A stretch of 61,981 bases of DNA, counting the filler. It is 13 parts of 13 records of this genome, joined end to end, with 100 filler letters (N's around TTAATTAATTAA, not from the genome) between each part and the next. Parts side by side here need not be neighbours in the genome. Positions count along the whole stretch, not along the records: positions 12,699 to 19,063 come from SRR7504441_27437; positions 19,164 to 22,288 come from SRR7504441_27440; positions 22,389 to 29,250 come from SRR7504441_27442; 10 more parts are not named here. The stretch is one strand, 5' to 3'. This document shows, one piece after another, positions 12,599 to 25,194 of the stretch. Below the pieces are notes generated by a model that was not told the DNA's origin, made no database searches, and saw nothing but the letters and a program-made list of their open reading frames with translations. Position 1 is the first letter of the stretch. Every line of letters starts with the position of its first letter. Made by a program: the position numbers and the translations under genes.

Positions 12599-12766
12599 NN
12601 NNNNNNNNNNNNNNNNNNNNNNNNNNNNNNNNNNNNNNNNNNTTAATTAATTAANNNNNNNNNNNNNNNNNNNNNNNNNNNNNNNNNNNNNNNNNNNNAG
12701 GCGCCAACAGGGCGATACGCTCTGCGGCTGTGCTGGTAGGGCAGCAGCCGGCCACAGGGCGGTGCG

Positions 12767-15700
12767 ATGGCGACCCCACTGTCGCCGCAAGACTTCGCCC
12801 AACTCCGAGCGGATGTGCTGGCCGCCGAGCAGGGTGGCCCATCGCGCTGGGGCCGCTGCTCAGCGGTGCGGGCGGTGCAGGCGCCCAGGAGGCCAAGCGC
12901 AAGGCCCAAGTGGAGCGAATCAAGCACTCGGCCCAGCTGCAGGAGCTCACCGAGCAGGCGTGCTGTCCAGGCCTATCCGGCTCACCCGCTGCCCGCAGAT
13001 CGCCGCTGCCAAGACCATCGTCGAGAACACGCCGGCCGGCGGATCGCCGCTCAGAGCTCGGCCGCAGCCGGGCGCGCTGGCCGCCCAGTCGTCGGGGCCA
13101 CCTGCCAGCCGGCTCCTGCTCTCCGAGAAGCGCGCGCTCGACCGGAAGCTGAGGGAGCAACAGAGCAGCGGGCAGATGCTCGGGCGGGAGCTGAACAAGC
13201 TGCAGGCGCGCCCACGGCCCGGCTGGCGGGGCGAGCCGCGGGGGGTGCAGGACCAGTTTGCCGAGCTGGACGAGGTGTGGGCGCCGGTCGGGCCGTACCA
13301 GGTGCCCAGCGGCGGGCGGGGCTGTCCGAGCCTAGTGCAGTATGCGCCGTGTGAGATCGTGTCGATCGACAAACTGCACATCGTGGTGATCCGAAAAGAT
13401 ACCAAGGAATGCATCGAGTGCTCGCTGGACCAGATCATGCCCAAGGCACCCCCGCCACGCTGGCCGGGCTCAGGCTGACCGCAGGACCCAAACACTGTCG
13501 CCATGCCCGAGAATGTCGTAGACCTGGAATTCCTCAACCCACCAGCGCTGATGCAGGCGCTGAGGTACGTGTGGGAGAACGGGGATAACCAGGCGCTGTG
13601 TGGGACCAACATCGTGACCATGTGCAACCCGACCGACCCGCTCGGCCGCTCGAGCGATGCCGACACTGTGATGCGCACGCTGGTGCGGAAGATCACAGCG
13701 GCGGCGTTCGACGACTGCCAGGTGCCAGTTTTGCCGTTAGCGGGTCGGAGGGTCTGGGACAGATGCGGGCGCTGGTGTGCTCCGGGACGCAGGGCTCGGG
13801 CAAGAGCCACACCTCGAGGGGCATGGTAGAGATGATGTTCAAACCATTTGAGGATAAGAGCACCGGCCATTGCCACGTGGGCACCAGCGAGGCTACTGTC
13901 AAGACTTGGGAGCACATCTGTACGGTGCTGGACGCGTTCGGCAACTCTGGGTCGACCAGCCGGTGTGGAAGTTTCTTTGAGGTGCAGCTGGGGAAAGCGC
14001 AGGCCAAGGCTGAGTGGTTCTCTTCGGAAGCTGACCCCACGCGGGCATCCTCCGTGGTCGGGGTCGCTGTCACCTGCTTTGGGCTCGAATCCAACCAGGT
14101 GGGCGCGCTCTTGGAGCGCAGGCGAGCCGTGTGAGGGCAGGTGGTCACTCAGCGGGACGGCCAGAGGAACTTCAACGCCTTCCACATCCTGGCTGATGCG
14201 CACGACGCGTCCGACCTCAACCACCTGAGGCTGCGCGAGCCCAGGACATTCAAGTACTTAGAGAAGGACACCTCGGGGATCTCGCACAGTGCGGCTGAGT
14301 TGAGCAACCTAGAGACGTCGCTTGGAGCGCTAGGAGTTGGTGATGAGGAGATCGGCCAGATGTGGGCCATAATGGCAGCGATTCTGCACCTGGGGGACCT
14401 GACCTTCTCGCTGGGAGACAAGGAGATGCTGATGGTCGAGCCGTTGGTCACCGTCCGCACAGTCTCCGCGCTGCTGGGACTCAACACAGTCGAGCTGGCG
14501 AGCACACTCGCTGGACTCGGGCAAGACCCTAACCGCAAGTCGATGGGCTCTCGGCACAAGCCGGAGGACATGGCCGCACAAGGCCGCGACGCGCTCGCAC
14601 GGATTCTGTACGATCGGCTGTTCAATTTCTTGGTGCAGCGGCTGAACGACGCGTCGTGTGCTGATAGTTCGACTGCAATAGTGGCTGTGCTTGACCCTCC
14701 TGGCGCCATTCTGACCACTGAAACGTCTCGGGGCAACTTCCAGACCTTGCTGCGCAATTTCATCCACGAGAGGATATTGCACATATTTGCGACACAGATG
14801 TTCACTCTGCAGCAGGTGGGCACTGACTGTTGTCCAGGCCTAGCCATCCCGCCGAGTCTATAACTGGCCTGGTGCATTCTGATTATCTCTGTGCACAGAC
14901 GAGGATGAAAGCAGAAGGAATAGTACCACTTACCGATCTGGAGGCGCCTGATGTAACAGGCAGACTCGAGTTCCTAGAAAAGAGAGGCGGTCTGTTCAGT
15001 ATTGTCGATGAGGTGCAATTACTGTGATCTAGGGCTGTGCTGAGCGCGTGCATGTACAGATTCAGGCCCTGCCTCAGGCTCAGGCCTCGGTCCTGTATCA
15101 GAAGGTGCCACAAGAACAAATATACATCTTCAGCATCTGACCAACTGCCTGTGCCACAGATGCTGGCAAAGCTTGGAGGCAGCTCGCCTGATTTCTTCAT
15201 GGACGTCCCAGTCGCACAGGGAGCACCAGGATCTCCAGCGCCTAGCCCTGGACGCAACAACAGCTTGGGTTTCACCTTCCGTCACTCTTTTGGAGAGTGC
15301 TACTACAGCCTGAAGGTGCATTACCACACTGAATTGGAAATCTCACCTGAAGGCAGGATTTTCTTGATGTTGACGGCGACGATTCCTTCTCTCCAGCGCT
15401 GCGTGGGCTTCAAGGAACTAACTCGGCACTGCTGCTTCAGGTCAGATGCGCTCTCTGTCGAATGCTGAAATGGTGTCTTGTCAGTTGTTCCCAGCCCTGC
15501 TCTATGGGGATCCAACCCAGTATCAGAGTGCTTTGCGGATGACAAAGTCAGCAATGATGCGAGCTCAACTAGCTTCACTCAAACAGGTGAGCTCCCCAAT
15601 ATTGGTGCAATGGCGCTATTTTGCTGTCCATGGCCGTTTGTAATGCATGTCTTGACGCGCCACCCTTTGCTGGTGTTCCCCATGAAGAGTATCTTCACAT

Positions 15701-18000
15701 AGAAAGGCTGATGCCTGGCTCTTTGAGCTAAGGCAGTGGAGCATCTAGAACAGAGATCTGAGGGCAGCATACTAGCCAGTTGGTGCTGTAGACAGTGTCT
15801 GTCGTGATGCTGCATTGAGCTGCTGGTGGTGTGTGCCAGATGCTCAACCCTGCAATCATTACATTCGTCCACTGCATTACCATCCAGTCTTTCCAGTCAC
15901 AAAACACAGCCTTTGATATGCCACTTGTGCAGGTGCCGTTGTCATACTAACCCCCTGAGCCGTATTCCTGTGCAGAGCCAGCTCGACGCATTCTGTATTC
16001 TGCCATCTATCATGTGGCAGCGTTTTGGTTATCCGATATCCATGTCAATTGAGACTTTTTGGGACATGTACTACATGCTGTGTCCGTACAGACCTTTGAG
16101 TGAGGAATACCCGTTCCCAGATGGCACTGTGAAGGGAGCAGTCGCAGCGCTGCTCGTTGCTCAGCCCTTTGAAAAGCACCATTGGCGCATTGGGGAGACT
16201 CTTGTATTCCTACGGCCGAGACCCTTGACAATTCTAGAACAGCGACGCGACGCGGCTCTGCACTCTTCGGCGTCTGTCATCACATCGAGACTGAGAAGGC
16301 AACGGATTTTCAAGTATATGCAATTACGCAAAAGTGCGATTTCTCAGCTCCAGCCAATCATCCGCGGAATCCTCACCCGGCAGCTATATAATCGCGCACT
16401 CGAGCTGGCTTTCATGGCTTTTTCGGAGAGAGAAAGCAGGCAATTCAACGTCGAGCTGTCTCAGGAGGAGGCGCGCCAGGCGCGCGAGATGAAGCAGATG
16501 GCCGCGGAGGAGCAGGCCTCCATCGATTGCTGGAAAACGCTGAGGTTACAGCAGAATGCCGAGGATGCAAATTTGGTCGCAATGTACCACGAAGGAGTTC
16601 GGTCACAGGCTGTGAATGCCAACTGGAGACTGCAGAAGTCACTGAGTGGCAAGAATAGTGTCGACGAAGACAGATCCGACGAGCTGTGCGTTACTGCAGG
16701 CAATGAAGTGTACGCTTATAACGATGCGAATCACGAGCACCCTATCTCAGAGTTTGAGCAAATCTCGCAATTAGCACTGGACACTGTTCGTGACATATCC
16801 AAAATCGTCATCGACGACACCCTTGACTACCAGGAAGAGGTTATGAAGAGGGAGCACGCCGAAGAGACACGACAGGCGGTATGCATGCAACAGATGTACG
16901 AAGTGGACATGTACCATCAGGCAATAGAGGCGGAGCTCGCAAAACGCGAGAAGCCAACTCCATCTGCAGAGCTAGCAATGATGATTGAATCAGAGTCTAA
17001 CCAGAGATGGAGGGAGACAATGCGGCGGCACAGTAAGATTGAAGACTTGATCACTAAGCAAGAGGAGAACTCGGACAGTGCAGACTCGCATGAGATGCAC
17101 AAGCTCGCTGGGGATGACCTGTTTGAGATGCTAAAGAACAACGCGACTGATATCTTGCAAGGTCGACTGGACGCTGGGGATGATCCTGCAAAGATGGCTG
17201 CCCAAGACAGGTTCCTTGACGCGCAGGAAGTCCAGTTTATGGTGCAAGACCTGCTTGACGACATCATCCTGAATGCCCAGAAGGAAGGCGAAAGGCTCCA
17301 AAAGATGCGAAAGGCCATTGAACAAACCGAGCTTCGGAAGCGCGAGATTGAGGCTGCTCGCACCGAGGCTACTCATGAGATGGAGCGGGAGCATAACGAA
17401 CGGCTGGAAGCCTTGAGAACCCAGAAAGAGAGGCAAACAGCCCGGCAGAAAGCCGCAGCAGAGAAGAAGCTGGCCGATGATGCGGCAAGGAGGCAAAAGG
17501 CGGAACAAGATGCATTTTCAATGCAAGATGATCTTGATGGAGATGGGATCGAAGACAGTTCATCTCCTGTTGTCAATGCCCTCCGACGCGAGCGACACAC
17601 GCCTGCATGGCGGAAGCGCTCGGCTGCAGCCAACAAGTACAACGAAATGGTGAGCTGCGCCTTGATTCATCATGTGCGTACTGAGTCATTTGGGCAGCAA
17701 AATACTAGCCCTGGGGCCACTATGAGCCCTGGAGGGACCTTGACTAGGGCGCAACAATCTATAGAGAACGACCTTCAGCAGCTGCAGGTCTAGCGCCGCA
17801 TACGATGGAAGTCTTAATTTTGGGCATTGTGACAGGGTCTGCTTAATGTGGCGGATCAAATGACTGATGAAGATCAAATGTTGAAATTATTGAGCACTAG
17901 TCAGGACCCTGGTGCTCTCGGCGGCGACCCATACAAGTACATGTTCAAGTACAAGTACAAAGCGCTGGTGCTCGACGACGATGGCGAGATGCGACAATAG
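12767..18000 (+). CDS. Highly divergent myosin (motor domain, IQ motifs, coiled-coil tail), many introns
   Basis: DLEFLNPPALMQAL, P-loop SGTQGSGKS, VLDAFGN, RNFNAFHIL, AAILHLGDL, RDALARILYDRLFNFLVQRLN, NFIHERILHIF, GGLFSIVDE, FTFRHSFG, GYP...F...Y, IGETLVFLR, IQ-like LQPIIRGILTR; last exon ends TAG at 18000. Confidence 0.88.
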
Positions 18001-18223
18001 ATCAAATTAAAGCTTTTTACAAGGTTTATGTTCTATTTATGTTATCAACGCGAACTATCATACATTTGCGATGCCAATTAAAAAATCATCATGTGCTTTT
18101 AATTAAATATTGTCAAGTGACTAATATTTTAGGCTGCTGGCCAGTCGGCTGCCGAGAGCGACTGCCCAGAACTGTTTGTCGGAGTGACTACAAGCGGCGT
18201 TTGCTACTGAACAAGCTACCGGC

Positions 18224-18943
18224 TTATTGCCCGCTGTCTTTTGTATGCATATGCTTTGATGATCTCCGGCCAAATTTGACGGCTTTGTTACATTTGATTA
18301 GACCTTCATCTAAGCTAGTGATGCCACCTGTGAGCCTGCAGGTCAGGGCACCCGTTGGGCGAGCGGCCACCCGGCCTCAGCTGAGTCTCGCCACCGCGGG
18401 CAAGCCCTTGATACCCGCGAGACCCAGCTCTCGAGGGCGGCTTGGACGGGTTGGGATGCCAGCCGCCTGCGGTCCGGATCGCACCCGTCAGCCAGTGGTC
18501 GGAGCGCACCGTCCGGATCGATCAGAAACTGGCCGCAGACGCTCTCGCGCATCCCCCGGGGCACTTCCTCCACCTGGCAGGACCAGCCGCATCGGACCCG
18601 CCGCCGACGGCCGGGAGACCTTTTCGGCGAACGCGCCGTCCCATCCGAGGTCGAAAGTCTTCATCTTCACCGCTGCGCGCACCGCCGGTCAGTCCGGGGC
18701 TGGTGCCGGCAGCGACGGCTCGAGCAAGCTACACGCACCTGCGCGTGCGGCGGGGCTGCTGCCGGCTGTCTCGCTCCGGTTGTCGGGCGGCGGCGGGCCA
18801 CGGGGACGGGAGCCGCGCCGGGAGTTGCGGCGGGGCTCGGTGGAGTGGCGGGAGCCGGAGATAGACAGGCGAGCCCCGGAGATCATGTTGTCCATGGCTG
18901 GCGGAGAGATGCCCCGGCTACATCACCGCTGCTCCCTGATCAT
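18224..18943 (-). CDS. Hypothetical multi-exon gene (boundaries uncertain)
   Basis: GC-rich stretch with several well-formed mini-introns on the minus strand linking MKTFDLGWDGAFAEK/VEEVPRGMRESVCGQFLIDPD; no recognisable family. Confidence 0.35.
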
Positions 18944-19386
18944 TTCGTTCTCGAGCTCGCCTGTTTGGATCCCTTGATGCTAAAAAAGCTTCAGGAAATG
19001 CAACGCAAATATGCAATAGGATGACTACGACTGTAGGGACTGTTTCACGATCCCCAGAGTTACNNNNNNNNNNNNNNNNNNNNNNNNNNNNNNNNNNNNN
19101 NNNNNNNTTAATTAATTAANNNNNNNNNNNNNNNNNNNNNNNNNNNNNNNNNNNNNNNNNNNNATCCAGTTGTACAAATCAATGAAATCACAGAATTCGA
19201 ATAAATCTTCGAGGTCGGACGCGCAATCATTTGTTTAATTAATTGCCATTCTCGTTTTGTGTTCACACTACTAGTACAATTAATGGCTGTTGTCATGCAA
19301 CCCAACAACGCCCAAATTGACCAATAATGAATTGAAACGCTTGTACTGAAAACCCTTCACTTGCGAGACCACAGGGAACCAGCTGG

Positions 19387-21140
19387 TTATACATGCCCAG
19401 CTCTGATGTGCACCACTACCTCGTCCTCGCTTAAGAAGCCTTGCTCCAAGTTCTTATTGTTGTCCACGTAACTCCTCCTTTCCCAGACCTTGACATCAAA
19501 GTACACGTAGGTCGGGGCCCGGTTGCCCTTGCCACCAGCCTCTGCTTGCTTGCAGAACCACATGCCTGCAGCACCGCTCAGTCTGGCTGGGCCCCAGGCA
19601 CTCACCCAGTTCTGAGTGGAACTTCCAGTCTCGTGAGTGCAGCTCCGAGGCCGCCACTGCCTGCAGCGTGTCCTTGGGCAGCATGTAGAATATGTAGAAC
19701 AGGGTCTCCAGTTGGAACTTTTGGATGTGCCCAGTCTTGAGCGTGGGCGGCTGCATGTAGTAGCACATCGGTAGAGAGAACTCCGGCTCCCGCTGGCACG
19801 GTGCGTCAGCCCAGGGCGATGCGAATGTCGAGTACAGCGGCTCAGTGCTGTTCAGGTTGAGTCCGAGGGTAGTAAGATCGGTGCCAAGTGCCAGCGTGTT
19901 CAAGTCGGCTGATGTCATCTGGATCACGTTCAACAGCCCGAGCAAGCCCCAGGGTGATCCAGCCTTGCCCGACGCTTGTGCTGGCTCCTCCTTTTGCCCG
20001 CCGCCTGTCCGTTGTTGCGGCTGGAGCAGATCCGAGCCCTTCTTTGGCGCCAGGGCGGGGAAGTCGGAGTCCGCCATCTGAAATGCGTGGGACAGCTGCG
20101 AGCCGCCCATGTTGCCGAGCATCGGCATCTCCTGCGCCCCGGCCCGGGACCCGCCGTGCTGGACCACGCCGCCCAGCGTAGGGAAGTCGTCAGCCCCAAA
20201 GCTTGGCGCCATCTCAGAGTGGTGCGCCAAATCGTCTCCAGGCATGCTCGGCATGCTATTATTCCCCACAGAGCTGGCCTGGCCGACCAGGCCGTTGAAC
20301 CCCATCTCGTGTCCACCCCCAAAGCCGGCATTGCCACTGGCCGGCCCCCGACCGCCCACTGAGAGTGGATTGGCCATTAGGCCACTCTGGTGGAGCATCG
20401 CCGGTCGGCCGGTTGGCATCCCCGGCTGTCTGTTGGGCAAAGCGAGCCCGACAGACAGTTGGCCGCCCACGCCAGCCATCGAGGTGACCCCGCCCAGGCC
20501 TCCGTTCATTGAGTTTGGCATCCCTGACATCCCGGCTCGATGGCTGTGACCTACAGATCCAGAGCTGCCTCCCCGCTGAAGCTGCGTCTGAGCGTGCCCG
20601 TGCGACGGCGGGGCTTGCTGCCGGCCGAAAGCACCCATTGTAGGCATCCCTCGCCCGCCGCCGCTGTACCCACCTGCCCCGTAAAGGTTGAGCAAGCGCA
20701 TAAAGTCCAGGGGCTGATTGGCAGGTCAGGCCGCATCCGACCGCCGGCCAGTGTGACACTCGCAGGGGGCAAGACGTTGGCTCGGACAGGAGAAGACGGT
20801 TGCCATCGACAGCCGGCAAACGACCAGCATCAAACGAGTGGCAAACTCGAAGGAGCGTCGATCGGCCGGTCGACAGCGGGGGGGCGACGGGAGACCCGAG
20901 TTATCCAGGGGTGCGAGCTCAGCAAGGCCCAAGCCCCAACACGGGGCCAGGCGACACGGGATGGGGGGGCACACCTGATGGGAAAAGTGAACCCGGAGGC
21001 GCCGACTGGGACTGGATGAACGAGGATCCCGGCGGCTGGTGCTGCGGCTGCTGCGGCTGCTGCTGCTGCTGCGGGATAAAGCTGCTCATGTAGCGCGACA
21101 CGCTGGCCGCCTCCAGGCCGCCCACCGGATTGTTTTGCAT
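19387..21140 (-). CDS. CNOT2: CCR4-NOT complex subunit NOT2
   Basis: DFPAL motifs, WGLLGLLNVI, LALGTDLTTLGLNLNS...LYSTFASPW, EPEFSLPMCY, ETLFYIFYMLPKD.LQ..AA.EL..RDWKFH, YVYFDV..WE; poly-Q N-terminus; 301-nt first intron 20674-20974. Start could be 21089. Confidence 0.95.
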
Positions 21141-21221
21141 CCCCCTCCTCGACCCACCTCAAGTGTGCGGTCGACAAAGTCCGTTGATTTGAGCAGCCTC
21201 CGCGTCCGCCGCCGCTCATCG
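21141..21221. promoter_or_regulatory. Bidirectional spacer with TCCGTTG (21180-21186)
   Basis: Between the NOT2 and Mpv17 starts. Confidence 0.65.
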
Positions 21222-21806
21222 ATGCTGTCGGACGCACTCACCGCGGGGCTGCTGACTGGCTCCTCTGATCTACTGGCCCAGGCGCTCGCGCCTGCGTCCG
21301 AGCCACCCGGCTCTCAGCTGCTGCCCGGCAAGAGCCTCCGACTCGGGCTGTTCGCCGGTGGGGTACTCGCACCACTTGGCAGGCAGTGGTACCAGCTGCT
21401 CGATCGGTTGGCCGGGCGGGCGGGCGTGGGCGGGTGGGCGGAGTTGGTGTTCAAGGTGGCCGTGGATCAGACGGTGTACGCCCCGCTAGTCAACTGCCTG
21501 TTCATCGGAGCCGTCGAGTGGGTGGAGGGCGGACCAACTGACAGCTGGTGCCGGCTGGGTGCCCGATGGCTGGCTAAACTGCGGCGAGACCTGCCTATGG
21601 TGATGGTGGCCAACTGGCGGGTGTGGGTGCCGGTCAGCCTGCTCATGTTCAAGACGGTGAGAGACAGCCCACCGGCTGGCCAGTGAGGCTGGCTTCAGGT
21701 GCCAACGCATCTACGAGTGGCATTTGCAAATGTTGTGGCCTTCTTTTTTACACTGTATCGCATCAGATTGCTCCGCGGTGCAAGGCACAAGAATCTGGAG
21801 GCTTGA
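21222..21806 (+). CDS. Mpv17/PMP22 family membrane protein
   Basis: SDLLAQ, R.GLF.G...P....WY..LD, KVAVDQTVYAP, ANWRVWVPV.L.MF/VPTHLRVAFANVV; one mini-intron. Confidence 0.9.
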
Positions 21807-21822
21807 GTTGGCACCGCCTGCA

Positions 21823-21924
21823 GACACCCAGCTGGCCGCCTCCGGGCCGACCACCGGATTGTTGCATCCGCCTCCTCGTCGACCCTCCCAAAGCTGCTCG
21901 GTCGACAAGTCCGTCGCTTGTAGC
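21823..21924 (+). repeat. Degenerate direct repeat of 21097-21194 (NOT2 5' end plus bidirectional promoter)
   Basis: gctggccgcctcc(a/g)ggccg..ccaccggattgtt..gcatcc..ctcctc..gaccc..aag..cggtcgacaa(a)gtccgt(t/c)g aligns between the two copies. Confidence 0.85.
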
Positions 21925-22484
21925 TTCAAAGTGCAGGCAGTCCTTCCCGGCAGGCCCGGCGCGCCTGGAAGGAATTCAGCCAAGGATTATCCAACAAGGA
22001 GGCCAAATCTGCCAAATCTCAAAGGTACGAGGCAGCAGGACGTGCACACGATCACCCTGTACGAGAATCACAGGAAACCTACGTATTCACTTTGTCATTT
22101 TTCAAGTTTTGAGCACCGGAGCACACTAGCACACACTGACCATGACAAATGACAATATATATTATATTTTTGTACGAGTAATATATTTGTAACACTCGTA
22201 CGATTAAGCAGTTAATTCGAAGCCGGCGCTTATTATGATTAGTCCCGGCCCGCGCGATAGACGTGGAGCTCTCGCCATCTACTGCCCANNNNNNNNNNNN
22301 NNNNNNNNNNNNNNNNNNNNNNNNNNNNNNNNTTAATTAATTAANNNNNNNNNNNNNNNNNNNNNNNNNNNNNNNNNNNNNNNNNNNNATAAACGGACAC
22401 TCATGCGCAAAAAAAAAAAAAATGTTGGCGGGAACAAAACTGTTCTCAAATCGTGAAGTGATGCTTATCCCTGGAGGGACCCGA

Positions 22485-25063
22485 TCAGATTTGAGCCGAA
22501 CTTGCATCGCCGACCCCCGCCCCTAGGCGCTCGCCCCAGATTTGCGCCTCCAGTTCTGCCTCTGCTGGCGCTGCCGTCTCCACTGGGGGCGCTGCCTCTG
22601 CTGGCGCCGCCATCCCCTCAGCAGGCGCTGCCGCCTCCTCAGGGGCCGTGGACTGCTCGGAGGAGGTAGCCTGTGACGCCCTCTGGGCCTTGGCTTTCCA
22701 CTTGTCCGATGCTCTTGCCACTCCATCTTGCACCCTCTTTTCTCTCTCTTGGCTCGAGGCTTGACTCCTATGAAAAGCTGTGGCGACCGCCTCCTTCTCG
22801 TCTCTCTTCCGTTGCTGCTCTGAATGAATTTGCATTAGAGTCTGCTCCCGCTGCAGGTCGTGGTCAAGGATGGCCTGATGCGCCGTGACAGCCGCTGTGA
22901 AAGGGTTAACTGTTGGCATGTTCTTCGGATCCATCTCGCCTTCAGTGACCGTGAGCAAATCGTTCTGCTCTCCGGAATCGTTGACGTATTTGTGCCGGCC
23001 GATCTTGTCGGCGGGTACCGAGATCCCATCCTGATCCACCACCTCCTGGTAGTACCGATCCGCTTGTTTCACCGCTTCCTGCAGACACGACAGCTCACCA
23101 CTAAATGGTAGGCACAAGCCAGCACGGGTGGGCCAACTATTGAGTGGCTATCTATTGTGTGTGAGCTATCGCCGGCTATCGAATAACGCACCGGTTCTGC
23201 TTCTTCGTAGCTCATTTTCTTATGAGACATCAGGAAGTCCAAGTTGCCCAACCGCCTGCACTCGTGTACAAATATTGGGAGCCAATTATCAAAGAAGGAG
23301 TCAATCATCCCCACCCCCGCGATCGACATCCGATCAACTGTCCCACGCAACTGTCAGTGCCACGAAATACGGCGGGCAACAGACCGAGCCACGGCGATTT
23401 ACTGGTCACCAGCCACATCGGGTGTTCGCCGCCGAGGTACTTGTTCGGCTGGGAATCGCCTCCCATCGAGATTGAAGCCTCAACGAACCCTGTGAAGAAG
23501 TGGTACGGCTGCCACTCGGATCAGCGGCTGGGACAGGCCGGCACGCACATTGTTGTACCACAGCATGACCCGGTAAACAGGCGAGTGCACACTATTCGAT
23601 AAAATGAACTGCTCCGTAGAGCCTCCTGCCTCCGAGATCGCATGTGTAGTGTGCACGAGCAGCGTGAACTTGGCCGGTGTAGCCGCGGACCCGCCCGCCT
23701 GCCGGCCTTTCGACACGCTGCAGACCGGACGGCACGCACCTGCAGGCCTATGGCATACCGTCTGTGCTCTGGAGGGTACGGGTAGTGAGGCACGAAGTGC
23801 CACATATCCTGATTCTTTCGGAGGTGGGCAAACTGGCGGGACCGGGAGATGATCCTGCGGGCCGTGTCACATATTCCGTGCTCGACCTGTCGGATCCAGA
23901 AGGATTAGGTGATCCAGCAGGGCGCGAGCACCGCGCGATCGCCGTATGAATCGGTGTGCAAGTCCGCGAGGTCTTTCATAGAAGTCGAGATCTGCTGCAC
24001 AAACCGCTCGTCCAGATCGTACACCCAAGGGTTGACGTTCCAGAAATATTTCATCCAGGGCATCGCCAGGTACTGCCAGCGCCAGGTCAAGCTGGTGTGG
24101 TTATATTTAGCGCACCATCGAGGCGACGTTGTACGCTGTGCCGCAGAAGCCGTGCCGGAGCGACTGGCCACAGAAGCAGGCGAAGATGTCGCTGCAGTGC
24201 AGGATCAGCCACGGGCCGTTCCGGTAAGGGTCGAGCGCTTTGTGTGATCTACACATCGCAGCCCATCGACAGGTGCAAGCGGTCCAGATGATTCCGAAGA
24301 AGTAATACATCACGTAATCGAGCAGAAGCGCCAGCAGCGCCAGGAACAAGCTGGGCAGGTGGATGCAAAACGCCACCCAGAACGTAATCCAGAACCCGAC
24401 TGTGCGTTCAAGCTTATCCACCGGAGGCGTCAGACAGCGGACGTAGAAGTAGCCCGGAAGCAGCGCAACGAAGTTGATCATGAACAGCGGCAGCCCGAAG
24501 GCGAGCACCTTTATGGCCAGCCAGAACAGCGAGCAGTACCAGACGTAATCGTCCGCGCACTTTAGGCTCTCGTCCCGCTCCCAGTCCATGTCAGCAGAGG
24601 TGTCGTAACACAGGTTCTTCCACTTCTTCTTGACGTGCTCCATCATCTCCGGGGTCTCGCCGTTTAGCGCCATCCGCTCGGCCTCGCTGACCGTCACCGT
24701 CCGCGCCCTGCGCATGGCATACGATTGCTCCTCCCAGGTCTGCTCGAATTCGTTGCGCGCACTCTTGCTGCAGCAGATCCCTTCGAGCCGTCGCCACTCC
24801 TTCTTGGCGCACTCACTCAGCTGCATGTGGCAGTTGCATTTGGAGGTAATCGCAGCCTTGGTGACCCGACCGCGGCAATGCCCCTTCCCGTCGGCCACGT
24901 CGATAGCGGTCTCGGACACGTCCACCCTCGGGGCCACATCACGGCTCAGCCCGACGGGCTGGTCTGGAACAAACGTGGGGGTTCGGCTCATCATGGTTCG
25001 GCTCACTTCTGTCGATGGGGGCGCGGCGGCCGGCTCTGCGGCCGGCTCGTCCGCGGGCGCCAT
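22485..25063 (-). CDS. Multi-pass membrane protein of unknown function, multi-exon
   Basis: Long first exon with a TM cluster; GT-AG introns join ..ASM/YLAMPWMKYFWNVNPWVYDLDERFVQQISTSM../..WHFVPHYPYPP..; low-complexity APAEA tail. Confidence 0.7.
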
Positions 25064-25194
25064 CGAAAGGAGTGAGCGGAGCCAACTGGCTGGTGCGACG
25101 ACTCTCCACCCGACTGCCTCGAACGGCGATATCAGCAAAAATCCGTTACGGAAGGCCTCGGAAGCAGAGGCGCTCAGACGGTGCTCATCACAGG
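25064..25194. promoter_or_regulatory. Bidirectional spacer with quasi-palindromic TCCGTTACGGA (25142-25152)
   Basis: Between divergent ATGs 25063 and 25195. Confidence 0.6.
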
